A program made the translations under genes and the position numbers. A stretch of DNA of 64,000 bases from positions 1 through 64,000 of the forward strand of contig ADNK01001866.1 in the NCBI GenBank assembly GCA_000320545.1, read 5' to 3'. Position 1 is the stretch's first letter; every line of letters starts with the position of its first letter. The stretch is from Bigelowiella natans CCMP2755 (Eukaryota; Protista; Cercozoa). Of the stretch, positions 26,867-43,400 are shown in pieces. The notes beneath the pieces are model-generated. The model searched no databases. It had not been told where the DNA came from and was given only the letters and a program-made list of their open reading frames with translations.

Positions 26867-27643
26867 TCAGACTGTACTTCTCGCACGGCGTGTATATGTG
26901 CGATGTTTAATTCAATAACCGTCCATGTATAAAACTTAACTACACGATGGATTAATCCAAATATACCACTTAAGTACGTGCTTAACCCAGTAGATCAAAA
27001 TATGCTGTAGTAAATATAATAGGTGCTATGCGCAGCTTTTTAGTACGACATACAATGTATGACTGTGCCTCCCGTTTAAGTACTGATGAGTAGGCTGGGG
27101 CAGCGCAGCCCGCCGTACGCGCTGCACTGCAAGACTCAGATGTGCTAGCATAGATTAGATTAGATCGGTGATCGTACCTGCGAACTTCACTGTTTGCACA
27201 TGTGTACAGGCGTACTGCTAGTATGATGCTTCTTATTAGATGTGGCGCGCACATGCTGAGCTAAGCATTAGTAGCCAAGCAAGGGGTTACTAGTAGGCTG
27301 CATTTGAACAAGCTGCGTAGAATTTAGATGATGTCTAACACACATTACATGATGCGAATCATCTTGACAGGAACGACTATCTAAAATTGAATCACCAGCT
27401 GCTCGACAAATGCTACATCTAATCTTGCGGCCAGTTCTCAAGGGACGTTTCCCTCAATAGTCTTTGCCCACTATCGCAGAGAGTAATCCGGTGAAATCTG
27501 CCATGCGAGTCAGATCACATAAAAATTAATATCATATTCATAAAATATATATAAATGTATAGAGCACTTGTCACGAAGTAAAAAATGAAAATATTCATGT
27601 ATAGAAATACAAATGTTGTAAGCGAAGTACTATACTGTATCTA

Positions 27644-27683
<40 letters not shown>

Positions 27684-27702
27684 AAATGTGTGTCTCTGCA
27701 TA

Positions 27703-27756
27703 GCTACATTAGGATGACCATTGAAAAAATTTAAACATTTCATTACATCCGTCTCA
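27703..27756 (+). repeat. Dispersed intergenic motif, copy B
   Basis: gctacattaggatgaccattgaaaaaatttaaacatttcattacatccgtctca. Confidence 0.75.
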
Positions 27757-27920
27757 TAAATGTGTGTGTGTGTGTGTGTGTGTGTGAATATGTAGCTATG
27801 CAATTAAATCTAATGTGCACGTGTGTAAGCGTAGCTGATGATTTTTGATGATCAAGAGCTTCAGCTCTAAACATGAAAATCGATTAAAATATGAGCGGAG
27901 CTAAAATTGTGGCGGCGCAG

Positions 27921-28977
27921 TTACAGACCAACAAATGGAAGTATGAAGAAGTTGAACCCAATTATGGCAAAGAGTATGGTATTCACAGTAACAGCTGTTT
28001 TGGTTGAAACAATGAGCAAAAAAAGATCAAGATAATTTCTAATCTGTACATAAAAATTTATCGTTGTCATACATTAAAGTGCTGATCTCTACAGCGATTC
28101 GAGTTCTGTCTTCCTCACTCTCTACTCTCCCTCTCTTCCCACTGCGGTATATTATTGAAGTAATAAAGTACCGTCAATCTTTGAAATGTCAAGATTCTGC
28201 AGAGTGAATCCTGTGGAGATAGGAGGGATTTGGTCTTTTACTTATCGATGCGTGAAAATTAAGAATCACGAATGGAAACCTTCATCTTCTTCGCCTTCGT
28301 TTCTTCTTTTCCATGCGTCTAGTTCCGCCTTCGAAAGACACATTCGTGATTTATGGACCTCTTTAACAATGAAAAACTTCGTGCCACACGGTACAAAATT
28401 ATTACCTGGGCTTCTGGTGAGAGCTCAGTGTCGCCGTAAGATCTGCGCCTGGAACAAGTAAATTGAAAGTAAGACTTGCTAGATGGTGCCCACACGATCG
28501 ATGACTCACTTTCTTTCTTCTTCAGCGCATACCGATGTTGGATACCTAGTGAGAAGAAGAAAGTGAGAAGAATGGAACGCGGGCTCTGCTGTGGATTTGA
28601 GTCATAACAAATGTAACTCAACTTACCGATGATAAACATTCGATGCCCTCGTCAATCCCGACAATATTCTCGGTCGGAACTGCACGCGGCTAGTCTACAG
28701 GGTTATAACTAAAACTGAGTGCCTCTGTAACACAAAACCGCAAAGGATCAAATCCAAAAGAAAAATACAAGGCGAATACCTGCTGCACACTTGCTCTATT
28801 GCCCAGTACAGATCGACCACCCTCAAATGATGCGTAGACCACTACTGCAGCCACAGTAGCACACAATAAAAATATCGAACGAGATAAGTTCTGGCGACGA
28901 TTTGAGTTTCGGAGCAGCGGCAAGGAGGAGGGAGGGGAGGATGAGAAGGAGGGTGAGGAAGCCGGGAAGGATGCCAT
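27921..28977 (-). CDS. Small putative plastid-targeted protein with a C-terminal transmembrane helix; function unknown
   Basis: The signal-like IFLLCATVAAVVVYA is followed by an R-rich transit-like segment (TSRVQFRPRILSGLTRASNVYHRYPTSVCA). Small GT-AG exons end in NLDISKID-AVTVNTILFAIIGFNFFILPFVGL*. Confidence 0.6.
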
Positions 28978-29203
28978 GGTCGGTCGCAAGAGACGTGACC
29001 GTTCTCGAGCGTTGCCACGTTTTTTTGGTGCGGCTAAAAAATCTCATGTCGCAAGGTGAAAAAGGGATGAAGAAGGGCTGGTTTATTATCGTTGAAATTG
29101 GAAAATGTGTTTGGAGCAAGTTGACGCAGAAGAAGAAGGGCATGGGTTTTTTACCAAAGAAATGTCGGTAAAATTAGTAGAAATCTCCAAAAACCATCCT
29201 GCA

Positions 29204-30735
<1,532 letters not shown>

Positions 30736-31614
30736 TGAAGGGTGGGGTGAATCGAAGATGATGACGCGACTTCGGAGTTACCCATCCGGAACTGAACTTG
30801 GATAGCGAATCCGAAGGAATTGCGTTATCGTTTCTTACATGTCTCTATGACATAAAAGCTGTTTGGGCTTATATTACTTACGCGTGTATTTGTAAATTAA
30901 AGTTGGTTGTCGTCAATTATAAAGGGAAAATGTATGTAGACACATAGCACCGTTTCACGGCTGCTGCATGATCATGCATACACAGGACACTGCGTGGTAC
31001 GTCATGCATCTAGATGTGTGATTCCCAAATCACACACAGCCCAAGCTTAGCATGTTTCAAGCACAAAGTTGTGATCTGAATGACTGCGTGGTGACGACGG
31101 ACCACATGAAAAGATTTGCGCGCACAGTCTGCTACACCTGCTGCTCATGGACCATGCTAGCATGCCCGACGTTTCACTTCCCTATACTGTTCGCGGCGGT
31201 AGCAAAAATGCGAAAATGCGCAACGTGGAAATTTGCCTACTGACGACACCACTGCTGAACTAAATTGCTAGCAATGGCGTGCTAGCGCGGTGAAAATCAC
31301 AGGCACATCATGTCACATGCCTTGCTGTGAAAACAATCTTTGTACAACGCATTCTAGCACATTTATACATTGATCATCATCACTAAAATCATCATCCCCG
31401 CAATGATGGACACGTGTGTTCAATGGACGTGTTCACACGTGCCACGTACATGCAATGTCAAACTCACAATTAATCAAAACGACTGGCTGATGCAGACAAT
31501 TATACAATAAGCAGCACGGAGTTCTGCTCGTGCTACACGCGCGACACAGACGACAAATCGATGCTGCTTTCAAGTGCATGAAGTACACAACAGCAGAGAC
31601 AAAATGACACAGTA

Positions 31615-31692
31615 CTAGCGCTGCAACTGTCACTGCTTTGCACAGTTGCATCTCACATTAAGATGACCATTGAAATGATCTGATCACTTCAT
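31615..31692 (+). repeat. Dispersed intergenic motif, copy D
   Basis: ctagcgctgcaactgtcactgctttgcacagttgcatctcacattaagatgaccattgaaatgatctgatcacttcat aligns with copies C and B. Confidence 0.7.
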
Positions 31693-31976
31693 ATTGGTTT
31701 CGTTTCGTGTCCAGGTGTGATGTCGTGTGCTCAGTCTCTATAAGTCCAGTGTGCAGATCGAACAGCAGAGACATGAGTCCATCCATGTTCGAGCATGCGC
31801 GCAAGACGTGCATGTGAAGAAGCAAGTGCCACACGCGATGCGTAGTGTTTGCGCCTACAGCGCTACACGGCTAGTCTGCGTACTTCGATGCAATTTTCTA
31901 GATTTATCAGCCTACATTGCATTGGCATGCATGCAATGGTTAATGAACATGTCTAGACATGTACGGCACTAAATAC

Positions 31977-32005
31977 GAGACGGATGTAATGAATGAGTTA
32001 AATTT
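31977..32005 (-). repeat. Dispersed intergenic motif, partial copy E
   Basis: The reverse complement is aaatttaactcattcattacatccgtctc. Confidence 0.65.
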
Positions 32006-32270
32006 GCTATGTTGTTGATTGTTGCGTCGAGTAGCATGGCGCTGCCAACTGCCACCGAGATGGCTGTGAGGCTTGTACGCGGTACTTTCAGAACAAATCC
32101 AGCATGTTATGACGTGGCTACAGAGCACCCTTCCCACAATATGTAGCCTCAGTGATGTTAATTGCACCTCCAAAGTCGCTTTACCTGCTAGCCTGCCCCA
32201 GATCTTCTACTTGACGGAGAATAAAACTATTCATATTCGCACGTAGTACGTGCTATGTGAATGGAGCGGG

Positions 32271-33081
32271 TTATAGCTGACTTCCTGCAGCAGAGAAGGA
32301 TGGTCTTGTGACACAATTCAGAAACTTTTGTATCGTCGTAAAATACTTGGCCGTTTCTCGCAGGTACAGATCACTATGCTTAGCTTCAAAAGTTACAAAC
32401 CATTCCCTCTGGGGAATATCAGTGTCTGCTGATCCCTTTTCGTCACTTTCTGCCCGCTCATCGACAGAATCGTTTGTCATCGACACCGTTTCCCCCTTGT
32501 TTTTCCTCTCCACTCTGCCGTAGTCACCTTCGGATTTATTCTTCTGGAGCCTCTTCCATCGTCGCCTCTTGGCAATTCGGTATAGCTCCTTCATTTGCTC
32601 GGGTCCCACCATGTGATCATGGAGTCCCGAAAGGAATAATATCTGATTTTTTTTTGCCGATGACGGGGGGCGAGGGGGCGGGGTAAAGTAATAATTTGTT
32701 AATTTTGATAGGTAGGAATGCTATGTTGTTGATTTTAATTATGATTGGAGCAATTTTGAGACTTGTTAACAGAGGAAAACGTTCTGTTTCTTTGTGGCTG
32801 TAGTCGGTGTTTTGTTTGTACTAGCGCTACTGCATATTAAAGGGGATGAGGGTGTTGCAATGCATTCAAATCTACAGGGGCTCGTATTCGCGCGACTGCA
32901 TCACACGTTCGCCATTGTGAACGTAGAAATGGCCGCATGAATTTATCCGGAACAAGTCGCAGAGGCAAGAACACGCGCTCCTGAAAGCATGGACGGAGCA
33001 TATTTTAAGATACAGATAAATGACATCACAAACAAAATCTAGATCTCCCATAAGACAGAAACACACAACAGACACACACAG

Positions 33082-33112
<31 letters not shown>

Positions 33113-35412
33113 CGCAACACACATGCGCAAATGAACACACAATCCTTTCGATATAAATACAGCCGCCTACCTACTACACATCCGAACACGTACCAAAAAA
33201 ACAAGTAGAAAACATACAAAGTAGAAAACATACAATACGCGTCTATTTGTCAAGGCACATGTAATCACGAGACGACGAAGTACAGCCACCACATCAAGCC
33301 CCGCTATCGCTTGCTACTGGGAAAATCTTCGACAACGACGACAACTGCTACTAAGTGTTCCCTACCGCCATGGCACTGATTGAGAGGAAGGTGTTCTCTA
33401 ATACAACCCCTCTTATTCTGGCCGCATAAGCATCATCATCACCTGTTTCCATAATGGCAATAACATATTCAAAGTACCCTTCTCGTGAATAAATCAAGTG
33501 AAAAGAACTCTCGGTAAAATCTCCCTATCCACATCATTCTCACCCCCCACCTCCTCCCCCCATTCAGTCTTTTCTCCCCCCCCCCCCCCTCCACGCCTTC
33601 GGGTACCAGTTGATGCAGCGACAGAGGCAGCCACGGCACCTCCGAGTGATTGACCAAATACGAAAATCTAGGAGAGCATTATTAACAGCGTAGAAGACAA
33701 CGAACAACGGTCGGAAACATTACATTAGCGGTAATGCGCGGTGCAGAACTCTAGGATTAATAATGAAATGAACGATGACGCATGTCTCAGGATACTACTT
33801 TCATCAGCAGTTCCAAACCAATAAACATGAAGATATCAGTGAACAGAAACTCATCATCATCATCATCATCATCACGTCGTGCACTCAAAAACCTGTTCCC
33901 GGTCAATCGTCGGGTTTGAATAGAGGAAGCTCAGTGCAGCTTTTGCGTCCAGGATCAGGCCTGAGCGTGATTATTTTGTTTATTTATTTATTGAGTTTGA
34001 CCGAGATCTTGGATCCCTTTGTAACGACAACAGGGGACGGTTGCTTTCATCATCGTTGTGATGCATACGGCATGAACTAGGAGTAGTTGCTTTCTTTTCT
34101 CGGACTGTCTATCTAGCAAGAAACATCAACGCAGAAAAGACCTACCCTCCTCAGATGGCTCTCCTTCTGATTCTCCATAGCCACGATACTAGGGGTGATA
34201 CATACAACACGACATGTAGTATATCAAGCACAAGGTCGTCACGGTATTTCGAATATCGAAAGTATAGCAGTAGCACCCTATGTCACTATGTAAGATTAAT
34301 TTGAATATGTCACTATGAGAGGGCCCCCCCCCCCCCCCCTCCTCTTGCTATCCCTCCTCCCTCTCCACGCTTACGTGTGTTTTCTGCCAGAGTTAGGTTT
34401 GGTGGCAATAATGATGATGACGATGATGATGATGATAAAACTAACAGAAGCCAGCCAACTCGCAGATCTACTACTACTACGACGACATTGCCATCAGATC
34501 TCTTATCGATCCAACCTCTAGAAGAAGCAAGTTCACGCCCAAGTTATGGAACATCGAAGCATATTGAGCCAACCCACGACCCATGTTGCCTGTCAATTTT
34601 GATGGTAAGTTAGGTGCTGCCGTTCTCCTAAATTTCAGAATGCGCTCTCATTGCATATTCATGATGCAAAATGCTGCACTACAGCTGCTGCTAGCTAGGA
34701 TAATTCGTCATTACCAGAGTTCCCGTGCATGCAGAGAATCTATGGAGAATGGTAAACATTGCTATCAGGCAACAAAAACAACAACAACAACAACAACAAC
34801 TAACTAACGAACTCATCATGTTGTTCCCTGTTGAAAGCACGGCATGGGGGTACATACAGTACATCATACCGTTGGCACTTTGCGCTGCAGATCGAAGTCT
34901 GGCTGAGTCAGTAGCCATGCGATGATTGTAATCTGATGATGAATATCGGTAAGAGCAGGTGCTGGTGTTCGAAAGGAGGGGATGCATGCCCCTCTTCTCG
35001 AAACATAAGAAATCCGAACTGAATATCACCCCATCCTCCGTTTTGAGTCTCACGCTTTCAAAAGGGACTGTCCATTCCTGCGATAAGTAGTCAATCGTGA
35101 TGATTTGTAAACAACGAGATAATGTCAAACAGTCTCGCAAACAAACATATGATGATGAGAATAACATACGACCGTTGGAGATCGCTGATTTTCTGGGTTT
35201 TCGACATATCTTCGCTGCTGTCGGGCAATTTACCGTACCTAAGAGACATACATGGTTTGGAACGGAGTAATAAATAAAACAACTTCGGTTCATAGGGAAA
35301 AAACACAGTTCAGTAGTATCAATTGAGCTCTAAAGTTTCACCATGCATTAAAAAAAGAATTAAGGTATCATTATAAATAATATATATATATATATATATA
35401 TATATGTATACA

Positions 35413-35459
<47 letters not shown>

Positions 35460-35502
35460 CACGCGCGCACGAGTCTCTCTTTCCCCCTCCCCCCCCCCCC
35501 CC

Positions 35503-35539
<37 letters not shown>

Positions 35540-35830
35540 TAAGATACAAATATAAAGTGTTAAGGGTTAAAGTGCTGACAGTATCCGGTCTTGATTAAGA
35601 ACGATGTAAACGAAGGATCCACCGAATACAAATAGCAGAAGCCACAGCCTCTGGAAATACCATGCGATGACAAAAGCGGCTACCCAAGCTCCCCTAACCA
35701 GCAATTCCCTACGAACACGCCTGCGTCGGTAGCTTCTCCACCGAGCTGTTGCTATTTGCGAAGCGGTGGCTTGACTTGTCATACCTAGCAGGGATATCCT
35801 GATGCTGAGAAGTGAGTTGTGTGCCGTCAT
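32271..35830 (-). CDS. Alpha/beta hydrolase, ABHD13/BEM46-like, with an N-terminal membrane anchor
   Basis: Exons give ESVRLKTEDG, HGNSGNMG, YRGYGESEGEPSEEGLILDAKAAL, FGQSLGGAV (nucleophile GxSxG), ENTFLSI, MVGPEQMKELY and a terminal FEAKHSD. Confidence 0.88.
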
Positions 35831-35893
35831 GTGTAACTCTGTTCTGTTCTGAGAGGTATCGTAGTTTCTACTGCTTCTACTTCCAACGAGTAT

Positions 35894-35929
<36 letters not shown>

Positions 35930-37491
35930 CATCACAACCACTACCAGCAATAAATGAAAAGTGACACGGAATGAGCGCCAAAAACCTAATCTTCTTTCGT
36001 GGGTGCGGTACGTTGGCAAAGACTTGCTTGCCTATCTATAAGTAGGGTAGTAAGGATGGGAAGAGTTCCGAAAAATTACAGGATGGTTCGACGTATGTGA
36101 GAAACTCTTTTGTTAAAAGGAAACAATAAAGGAACGTTAATCCCTGCTCTCATGAGGAGGGTGGCACGTACGTAGTATCTACACTTTGGTCCGACCCCAA
36201 ACCGAGGAGCATGTTCTTTCTCTTCTATCCGCTCACAAGGGATCCGATGATGTTCGCGAGGATCCGTCCAGACATGTCGTCAAGCAGATTTGCATGTCAT
36301 CTGCCTTTTGCGACATGAAATCATCGTTGTCGCAACATCTTGTGACAGGTCCTCAAAGACCGCTTTGAGTGTAGTTCATCATCATTGTTCTTTGTTCATT
36401 GTTCATTGTTCAAGGCATTCAATCGTGGATGAGTTAGCACTCGGTGATCCTTTCAGACCCCCTCATTGGAATCATTTCATTCATTCATTTGCGATTGAGG
36501 AGGAGGTGGAGCTTGGAACTTCTGATGAATCTCTCAACCGCACCATTCTAGCATTGGAAATGCTGCATTTCCAGATTTGTTCATTTGTTCGTCCACTGGT
36601 TTCGACAATCTATTCGGCCACATCACTTTGTCCACCTCACTCATTCATGTGTTCATTCAAACGATGAATGATGAGCACAGAAGAAACACACCACGTTGGA
36701 ACCGCTTGCCTGATGCATGCATGCACTCATTTGTGCTCAGTGCTCGTTCATTCAATGCGTCCAGACGTGCAATGCTCACAGCATGCTGCTCGCACAAACA
36801 CTTGAACACTTGCCCTGTTCGTCATTGAGAATCCCCTCTAGCCCTGTGTGCACGTGCCACCACGACGTTTCACACCAGTGCTGATGTGTCCAGTGAAAGA
36901 ACGACGCCCTGCCAATTGACCCCGCCAGCTAGCCAGCTAGCCAGCTAGCCAGGCACGCTCTAGCTAGTGCTGCATCAACTGTGGACACAGCTAGACAGCT
37001 GACAATGAAATTCATGCTGCTACTTGCGCTAGTGCCAGTGGCTTCTTTGCTTTTTTTCTGTGCACATGCTAGCATGCAAATCATCACGCAGCTAAAATCA
37101 AGTCCAAATGCATTTCAGGAACAAATCAAAGGGCACAGCTTCCTAGCTTCTTCCTACTTTTGCTTGCTACACGTTCTCCGATGCCACTCCATTGTGGCGA
37201 TGCGACATCTCACACGCTACACGTCATCAATTTCTCACACAAAATTACATGCAGTATCGTATTCACATACCTCATTGAAAAATACAAACAACTCATCATC
37301 TAATCGCATGTGTTTGGCAATAATTCGGAAGAACCATTCTTGAATATCACAAGAATTTAGTATCTACTGATTCATTGTTACATCTGAAAAGACACACCTA
37401 CAAAGCAGGAATTAAATTTGAATGCCCAATATGGTTTCAGTACAGCTGCTGGTACTGTAGTTGACTGCAGCATCGCTGCAGATTTGAATTA

Positions 37492-39297
37492 TTAATTTGC
37501 AATCCTTTTTCTTTTTTCACCGTTTGAAATTGCCAGACCTGTTGTGCCTGTGCAATAAGAGTTTCTGACATTGGAGTGGCAACATTTGTAACCCCATTTA
37601 CCATCCTTCCAATAGCTTCCCCAAACCGCAGTATGGTTATTGTCGTATACATCTTCAATGTATTTCGATTTGGGAATCGCAGGCTCTTTGCCTTTGATAA
37701 GGTGTCCATCCTCGTCGTACTCTACATAGTTTTCTGATTGATTTAGCAAAAGTTCCTTTGCCGGAGCTTTTAAATGCTTTACACCACCATACTTATCAAG
37801 TACAGACCGACGGAGATTATTAACTTGTTGCATCCTGCGTTTTTGTTCCGACTGAAAGTGAAGCTCAGCCTGACTCGGGGCAGCTTGTAAGTGCACGTCA
37901 CTATCACCATCGTCATTTTTAGCGAAAGCAAAGAGCTGCAGTTTTTTAATCTTCTGTGCATCTCCGCTCATACGGACAAAGTTATCTCCCGCATATGTCA
38001 AATCGCTAGGGTCCTTCTCTGGGTGAGGATTTGCACGCATGGAACGAGTTTTCGGATCATAATGGGCCGATTTCGTGCTGAGATTGAGCAAATACTTGGC
38101 CGTGTCCTCACGGATACGCAAGTTGCGGACGGTGGTACGTGTGCGAGCGTCACGCTTTTGGATTACTTCTCCTACATCATCTTTAAGTTCATCCCCCGAC
38201 TCTCCCTCCTCATCATCACTATCTGAATCACTGTCACTATCAGAGTCGGAGTCAGAATCAGCATCTGGATTGGCTTCTCTTTTTGCCTTCTTCTGCGCGC
38301 GCTTCTTCTGTCTGCGTAGCAGCCTGTCCCTGAGTACAAAATCAACGTAAGAGGCTGACAATTTCCCAAATTTTCATTTCTATGCTTCTTTTCGCAACTA
38401 ACTTTTTCTTCGCAGCTTTCCTTCTCATTTGTTCGTCAAGTTCTTTTGCTTTCTTCTTTCTCCTCGCTAATTCCACTTTCTGATGAACTGTGATAGTTTA
38501 TGGGCAAAATTTAGTTCGTTTTCAGGGTTTTCCGGAGGAAAAGGTGTACAAAAAGAAGAATCGTATCATCCACTTACAGTTAATGATGTCCTTGTATTTG
38601 GAGGTATCATATCCTTTCCAACGATCTCGTTTCGCATCGAAACTGCCAGTCTCGTGATGCTTCACAACCTCGTCCGCAACGCATTTATTCGTGAACCTTG
38701 CGCCTCTGCGACGGGGGCGCTCAACACAATCCTTTTTCTAAACACAAAAAATACGAGCTTCAGGCAATCTGAATATAGCGACATGAATCACTATAATCAC
38801 AGCTATCACTATGAAAATACCTTGTGCGTCATTGCCCCGCAATTTTCACAGGCACCTTTTCTCCACTTCGAAGCCTTTTTGCCCCTCTTGAACTTCGGCT
38901 CAAATTTTGTCCTTATCGAGCTTTTCTCTTTGTCGACCCCGAAGTGTGACTGTCGCTGGTGCTTCAGACCAACTTTACCATCACTAATATACCATGGTGC
39001 CACCGACATGTACTGCGGAATGTGCGGGTTAATCATGTTTCCCTCCTCATCGATCTCGGGGGGAGCAACGGCGAGCTTTCGGAGCTCCTCCAGCTCCTTC
39101 GCCTTTTTAAAGTCCTCACGAGAACGTCCTGTGGATAGTATAAATGATAGAATTAGGGTCATGAGTTCAAGTTCTCGCAATCATCAAATGCATTTGAAAC
39201 AATACTGTTCGACAATACAATGATGAATATGAACTCCTCAACACTTATGGAAATAATAATGGGTGGCTTCAAAATAAATTTCCGTACGTGCTGCCAT
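37492..39297 (-). CDS. SLU7: Pre-mRNA splicing factor SLU7
   Basis: [15 protein letters not shown], zinc knuckle [71 protein letters not shown]. Confidence 0.96.
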
Positions 39298-40490
39298 GGT
39301 GGTTCTCCTTGGGCTTTTGCCTTCCGATCAGACTGCTTATCTCCGCGATGGGGCTTTTTTCTCCTCGCGTTCGTTGGTGGGTGTGCGCCAGAGCTGTGTA
39401 CGATAAAGGATAATTTTTATACGAGACAAGCTATGTTGTAGACACACAGTAAAAATAGCTCTATGTTTTAGTTTCATCTTCTTTGCATTTATTCACCTGA
39501 ATTACATGTCTAAGACAAGGCATGTGGCTCATATTTTTCATCAAAACGAATCTCCCTCTCATGAGATCTCTGGAGGTCCACCAGAGAATTTGCTCGGTTG
39601 CCTAGAACGAGCGATTTGGCCCTCGTCCTGCTAGTCCAACTGTTTGAGCACATCCAGCTACATCAATAACAGCAGTGCCAATGGCACATCTCATTGGGAT
39701 GTTGAAGTGAACACGAATCTTGAATCTTCAATCATTCAAGGAATTCAAGGTCGTTCGTTCACAGCCAGCACTGGAGCAGGCTGGACTCTGCTAGCTCTGG
39801 AGCTGGACTGGCAACTGGAAAAGGCTGGCAGGTCGAAACCACGTGTGGCCAATTCGTTCAAGTCAGCTGGCCCGCAGCCCGGCATGTACGCGGTGCGTAC
39901 GCGCTGCTTACTTGCCCGTCCACTGGACTAGTTGAGGCGCGTGCAACTTGTCAGCAGTGCTAGCAGTGACAGGCTAGCCAGTTGCACACACACCTGCTGG
40001 CCTGCTTGCTAGCTTCTTGGAACGCCAGAACGTCGAGTGAACGAACTGCACTCGCGCCACAGCGCACATTCTTTGCTCTTTTGATTTCTAGATTTGCTGC
40101 ACTCCAGCACCATGGCACTGCACACCAAACATGCACCACTGCTGGACTGGACTAGCTAGCTAGAATGAACAAAGCTAGAAAGCTAGAAAGCCATGTGGAA
40201 AGACCAACAACAACTCAACCTAGCTAGCTAGTCAACGAATGTTCAGATTGTATACAGATGCCCTGCCAGCATGGAACGACGACGAGAGTCCGCATGCATG
40301 CATGTCTAGACGTGTGCGCACGCTAGCTAGCTGGCACGCACGTGTGCATTCATCACATGACCATCATCATCACCATCATCATCGTACGTAGGCGTTTCAT
40401 CACAGCCATCTCATGTTCATTGCATTGGTCAACTATACAACGTGTTGTAGTCATTCCAGATTTCGAGAATCTGCTGCAATTTTTCGAAAT

Positions 40491-43400
40491 TCATTTTGGT
40501 GGTGCAATTGCGACATTGAGTTTGGATCTGACAAGTTTTGTGCTAGAAGGCTCAAGACCATTCTCTTTGCGTGGTGCGTCAGTCCGAAATTTGAGTGTGA
40601 GAAGTGGCGTTACTGGCCGTACAGATTGTGTGTCAGTTAGGGCTGGAGACGATCGAGCTTTTGTCAACACTGGCATTGCTGGGGTCAGAGGTCTGCTCAC
40701 TTTGTTTACAACCTGTCTTTTCATGTTCTTCTTGTCGGCACTAGAACGACGCATGAGATTGTATTGACAGGCAGATAAAGACTCCATGAATTCGTTGCCG
40801 CTTATAGCGATCGATGAGCACCCCGATGCAAGTGATAGTAAATCACGATCCGGATCCGTTGAGTCCAAAGATCCGGTTTCCGAATCATTTCGAGAAAAAC
40901 TTGCGAGCAGAGTAGAGGGAATGGAACCTCGATTGTTATTCTTGTTTAAAGGAAATCTTTGATCTCTTTGAAAATTCGCAATGTTATCTTCTTGTGCAGT
41001 CGAAGGGTTTGTTAGAGATCGCTCTCTTGTTATTCTTGGGGAGAGCAAGTCGATGTAATTGCGCCGTCGGCGCCCGCTTCTATTCGCAGCTGAATTTGCC
41101 CTGTGACGTCTGGATGGGACCTGCGGAGATGATACCTTTGGCGCCGGTTCGCTGTGATTCCCGAAAATTAATGCCTTTTTCGGGGGGGATGATTTGTAAA
41201 TTAAGTATATCTTTAACTGACTAGATGTCTTACTTCCATACCTGGTATCTGATGAGAAATTCAATGCAATCGATGGTATGTTTAACCATCTACAAAGGTT
41301 AAAAATAACCAATTTAAGTCTCAAAATGTGTTGTTAATGTTGTATATTGTCTGACCAACATAGCTTCTGTACTGATCAGGGGTGGTCGGAGTAGATTAGG
41401 TGCCCTAAATTTATATGGCATTCGTTGTTGCTCTCTAACTCACTCAAAATTATTCGAGATATACCAAACGATAGCAAGATTGTATTCAGGCATTTTATTT
41501 TTCTCCGATTGTGCAGCAACCTGGAGGACATTCAAACCTTTACTACGTTTTCTGAACAACTTTTACCTATACATTACCTTAGAGAGAAACCACATTAGAT
41601 AGTGTAGAACTATCAAATTTGAGTGAGGAAGTTGCCCGACAAGATTCGAATACTGGTCAATGCGCTTTTGCGTATTCATAGCCAACTTTGTACTACATAT
41701 TTTCACATATATTAGAATGTACATCTTGATTTCATTATGAAGAATCGCTACCTGGTACCATTGTCAACCGTACTTTTATTTTCATTCTACAAAAAGAATA
41801 TAACGATGTCTATTACGTTATCTAAGGTCTTAAAGAACAAATTTGTATACCTTCCTCCAATCTGCAGCAGCCTTTGTGAAGGTGACAAATTTATCTTGTG
41901 GAATTATCGGGTCTTGAAGCTGAAAGTAAACATAAATTTGAATTACAAACACTCGTCTTTGGAAAGATTAGCGAGTACCTGTCTGAAATAAGCTTTTAGG
42001 ACGCATGCTGCTTCGTGCGAGGATGAAAACATAGCTGTTTATAGGTAGAAATTTTGGGTAAAAACAGTTCAGTCTCCATAACAGTACTACCTTCACCCCT
42101 GCTGCTTTGTCTAACAAGAAGCTATGAAACATATGTGCAAAAATTATCGTTACTTGTAGAAGTGTCTCTTACAGGTTAGTACATTTGTAGATTCTTCTTT
42201 ATTGATATCCAATAGCCCATCGTACGCCAGTTGAATTGACCTTCACAAAAAATGATCCTTCTAATCTACATAGAAAGTAATATATATCACAAAATTTCGT
42301 ACAACCGAATCTTCTTTGAATCTCCTTCAATTCTGATGGAAGAAATTTTATTAGTACGAACAGCTTCTCTTTGAGATAGAGTTTCTCGATGGTCGTATTG
42401 TTACCGAAATATTCCCGGAGTTTCAATTCGATTACAGTCCAGAATATATTCAACACAGTCGTAACTGATTAAAAACAATTTTATTTATAGTGATAAAGAG
42501 TTTCATTTAGCGTTTATCCCTACCAGGGGTCTGGAATGGGACTGTGTGCGAGTTCAACTCCCCTAAGCATACGGAAAAGATTATTTTTTAGTAACAATTC
42601 GTGAAAAACGTGACCTCTTACCTATCTAACGTAGTTCCGAATATTTGAGAGCTGTGAATTTTCTCAGAATGTTCTCGCCCGAGCCAAGTTATTCCGCTTC
42701 TCCGGCGCGACAAAGGGCGCCTAAGGATGATTAATACTAGTTAATTGAATTTATACTCTTAATTAGCATAAATCGACTCACGGGGTTGATGGCAAAGCTC
42801 GTCTTCTCCCACTATTAGCAATACGATAAACTGGGGGCGTCACGTTCAAAGACATTCTAGATCCATAATCAAGTTGAGACTTTTAAAGATACATGTGATG
42901 AACTGGAAGCAAAAACCTTCGATTAGACTTCAGTATTGTATCTCGCTTATTAGTCCTGCTCGTAAAATTATCATTGGCAACTGTCATAGTATTCACTATG
43001 GGTGAACCAACCTTTGTAAGTTGGTCAATACGACATCGCTGTCCTCGTTGTTATCGTTCCAACTGACAAGAAGTCATGTCAATTCACATTAGCCATTTTG
43101 ATGTGGACATAAAAGATGTTATTGATTGTCGCTGATACTCACCGCCACATAGTTGCAGCTCGATGAGGTACAAAACGAAACGCAAGATGTAGTGTACCAT
43201 ATGATCGTGAACCTGCACATGTTGTCATCTATAGGTATGTATTCTGTACTTTGAATTTAATGTATTACGGAATTTTCCAGACAAATCTTTATACAATTCA
43301 TAGTTCGCCGAGAATACGTTTTTTGAACACTCTGTAAAGAATAAAACTGTATATGAAGTCCTCAAGTATAATCCAGATAAATACCTTGCTGTTGACTCCG

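Noticed and set aside
38483-39223. 246-aa plus-strand ORF
   Set aside because: It is the antisense shadow of SLU7 and has no recognisable motifs.
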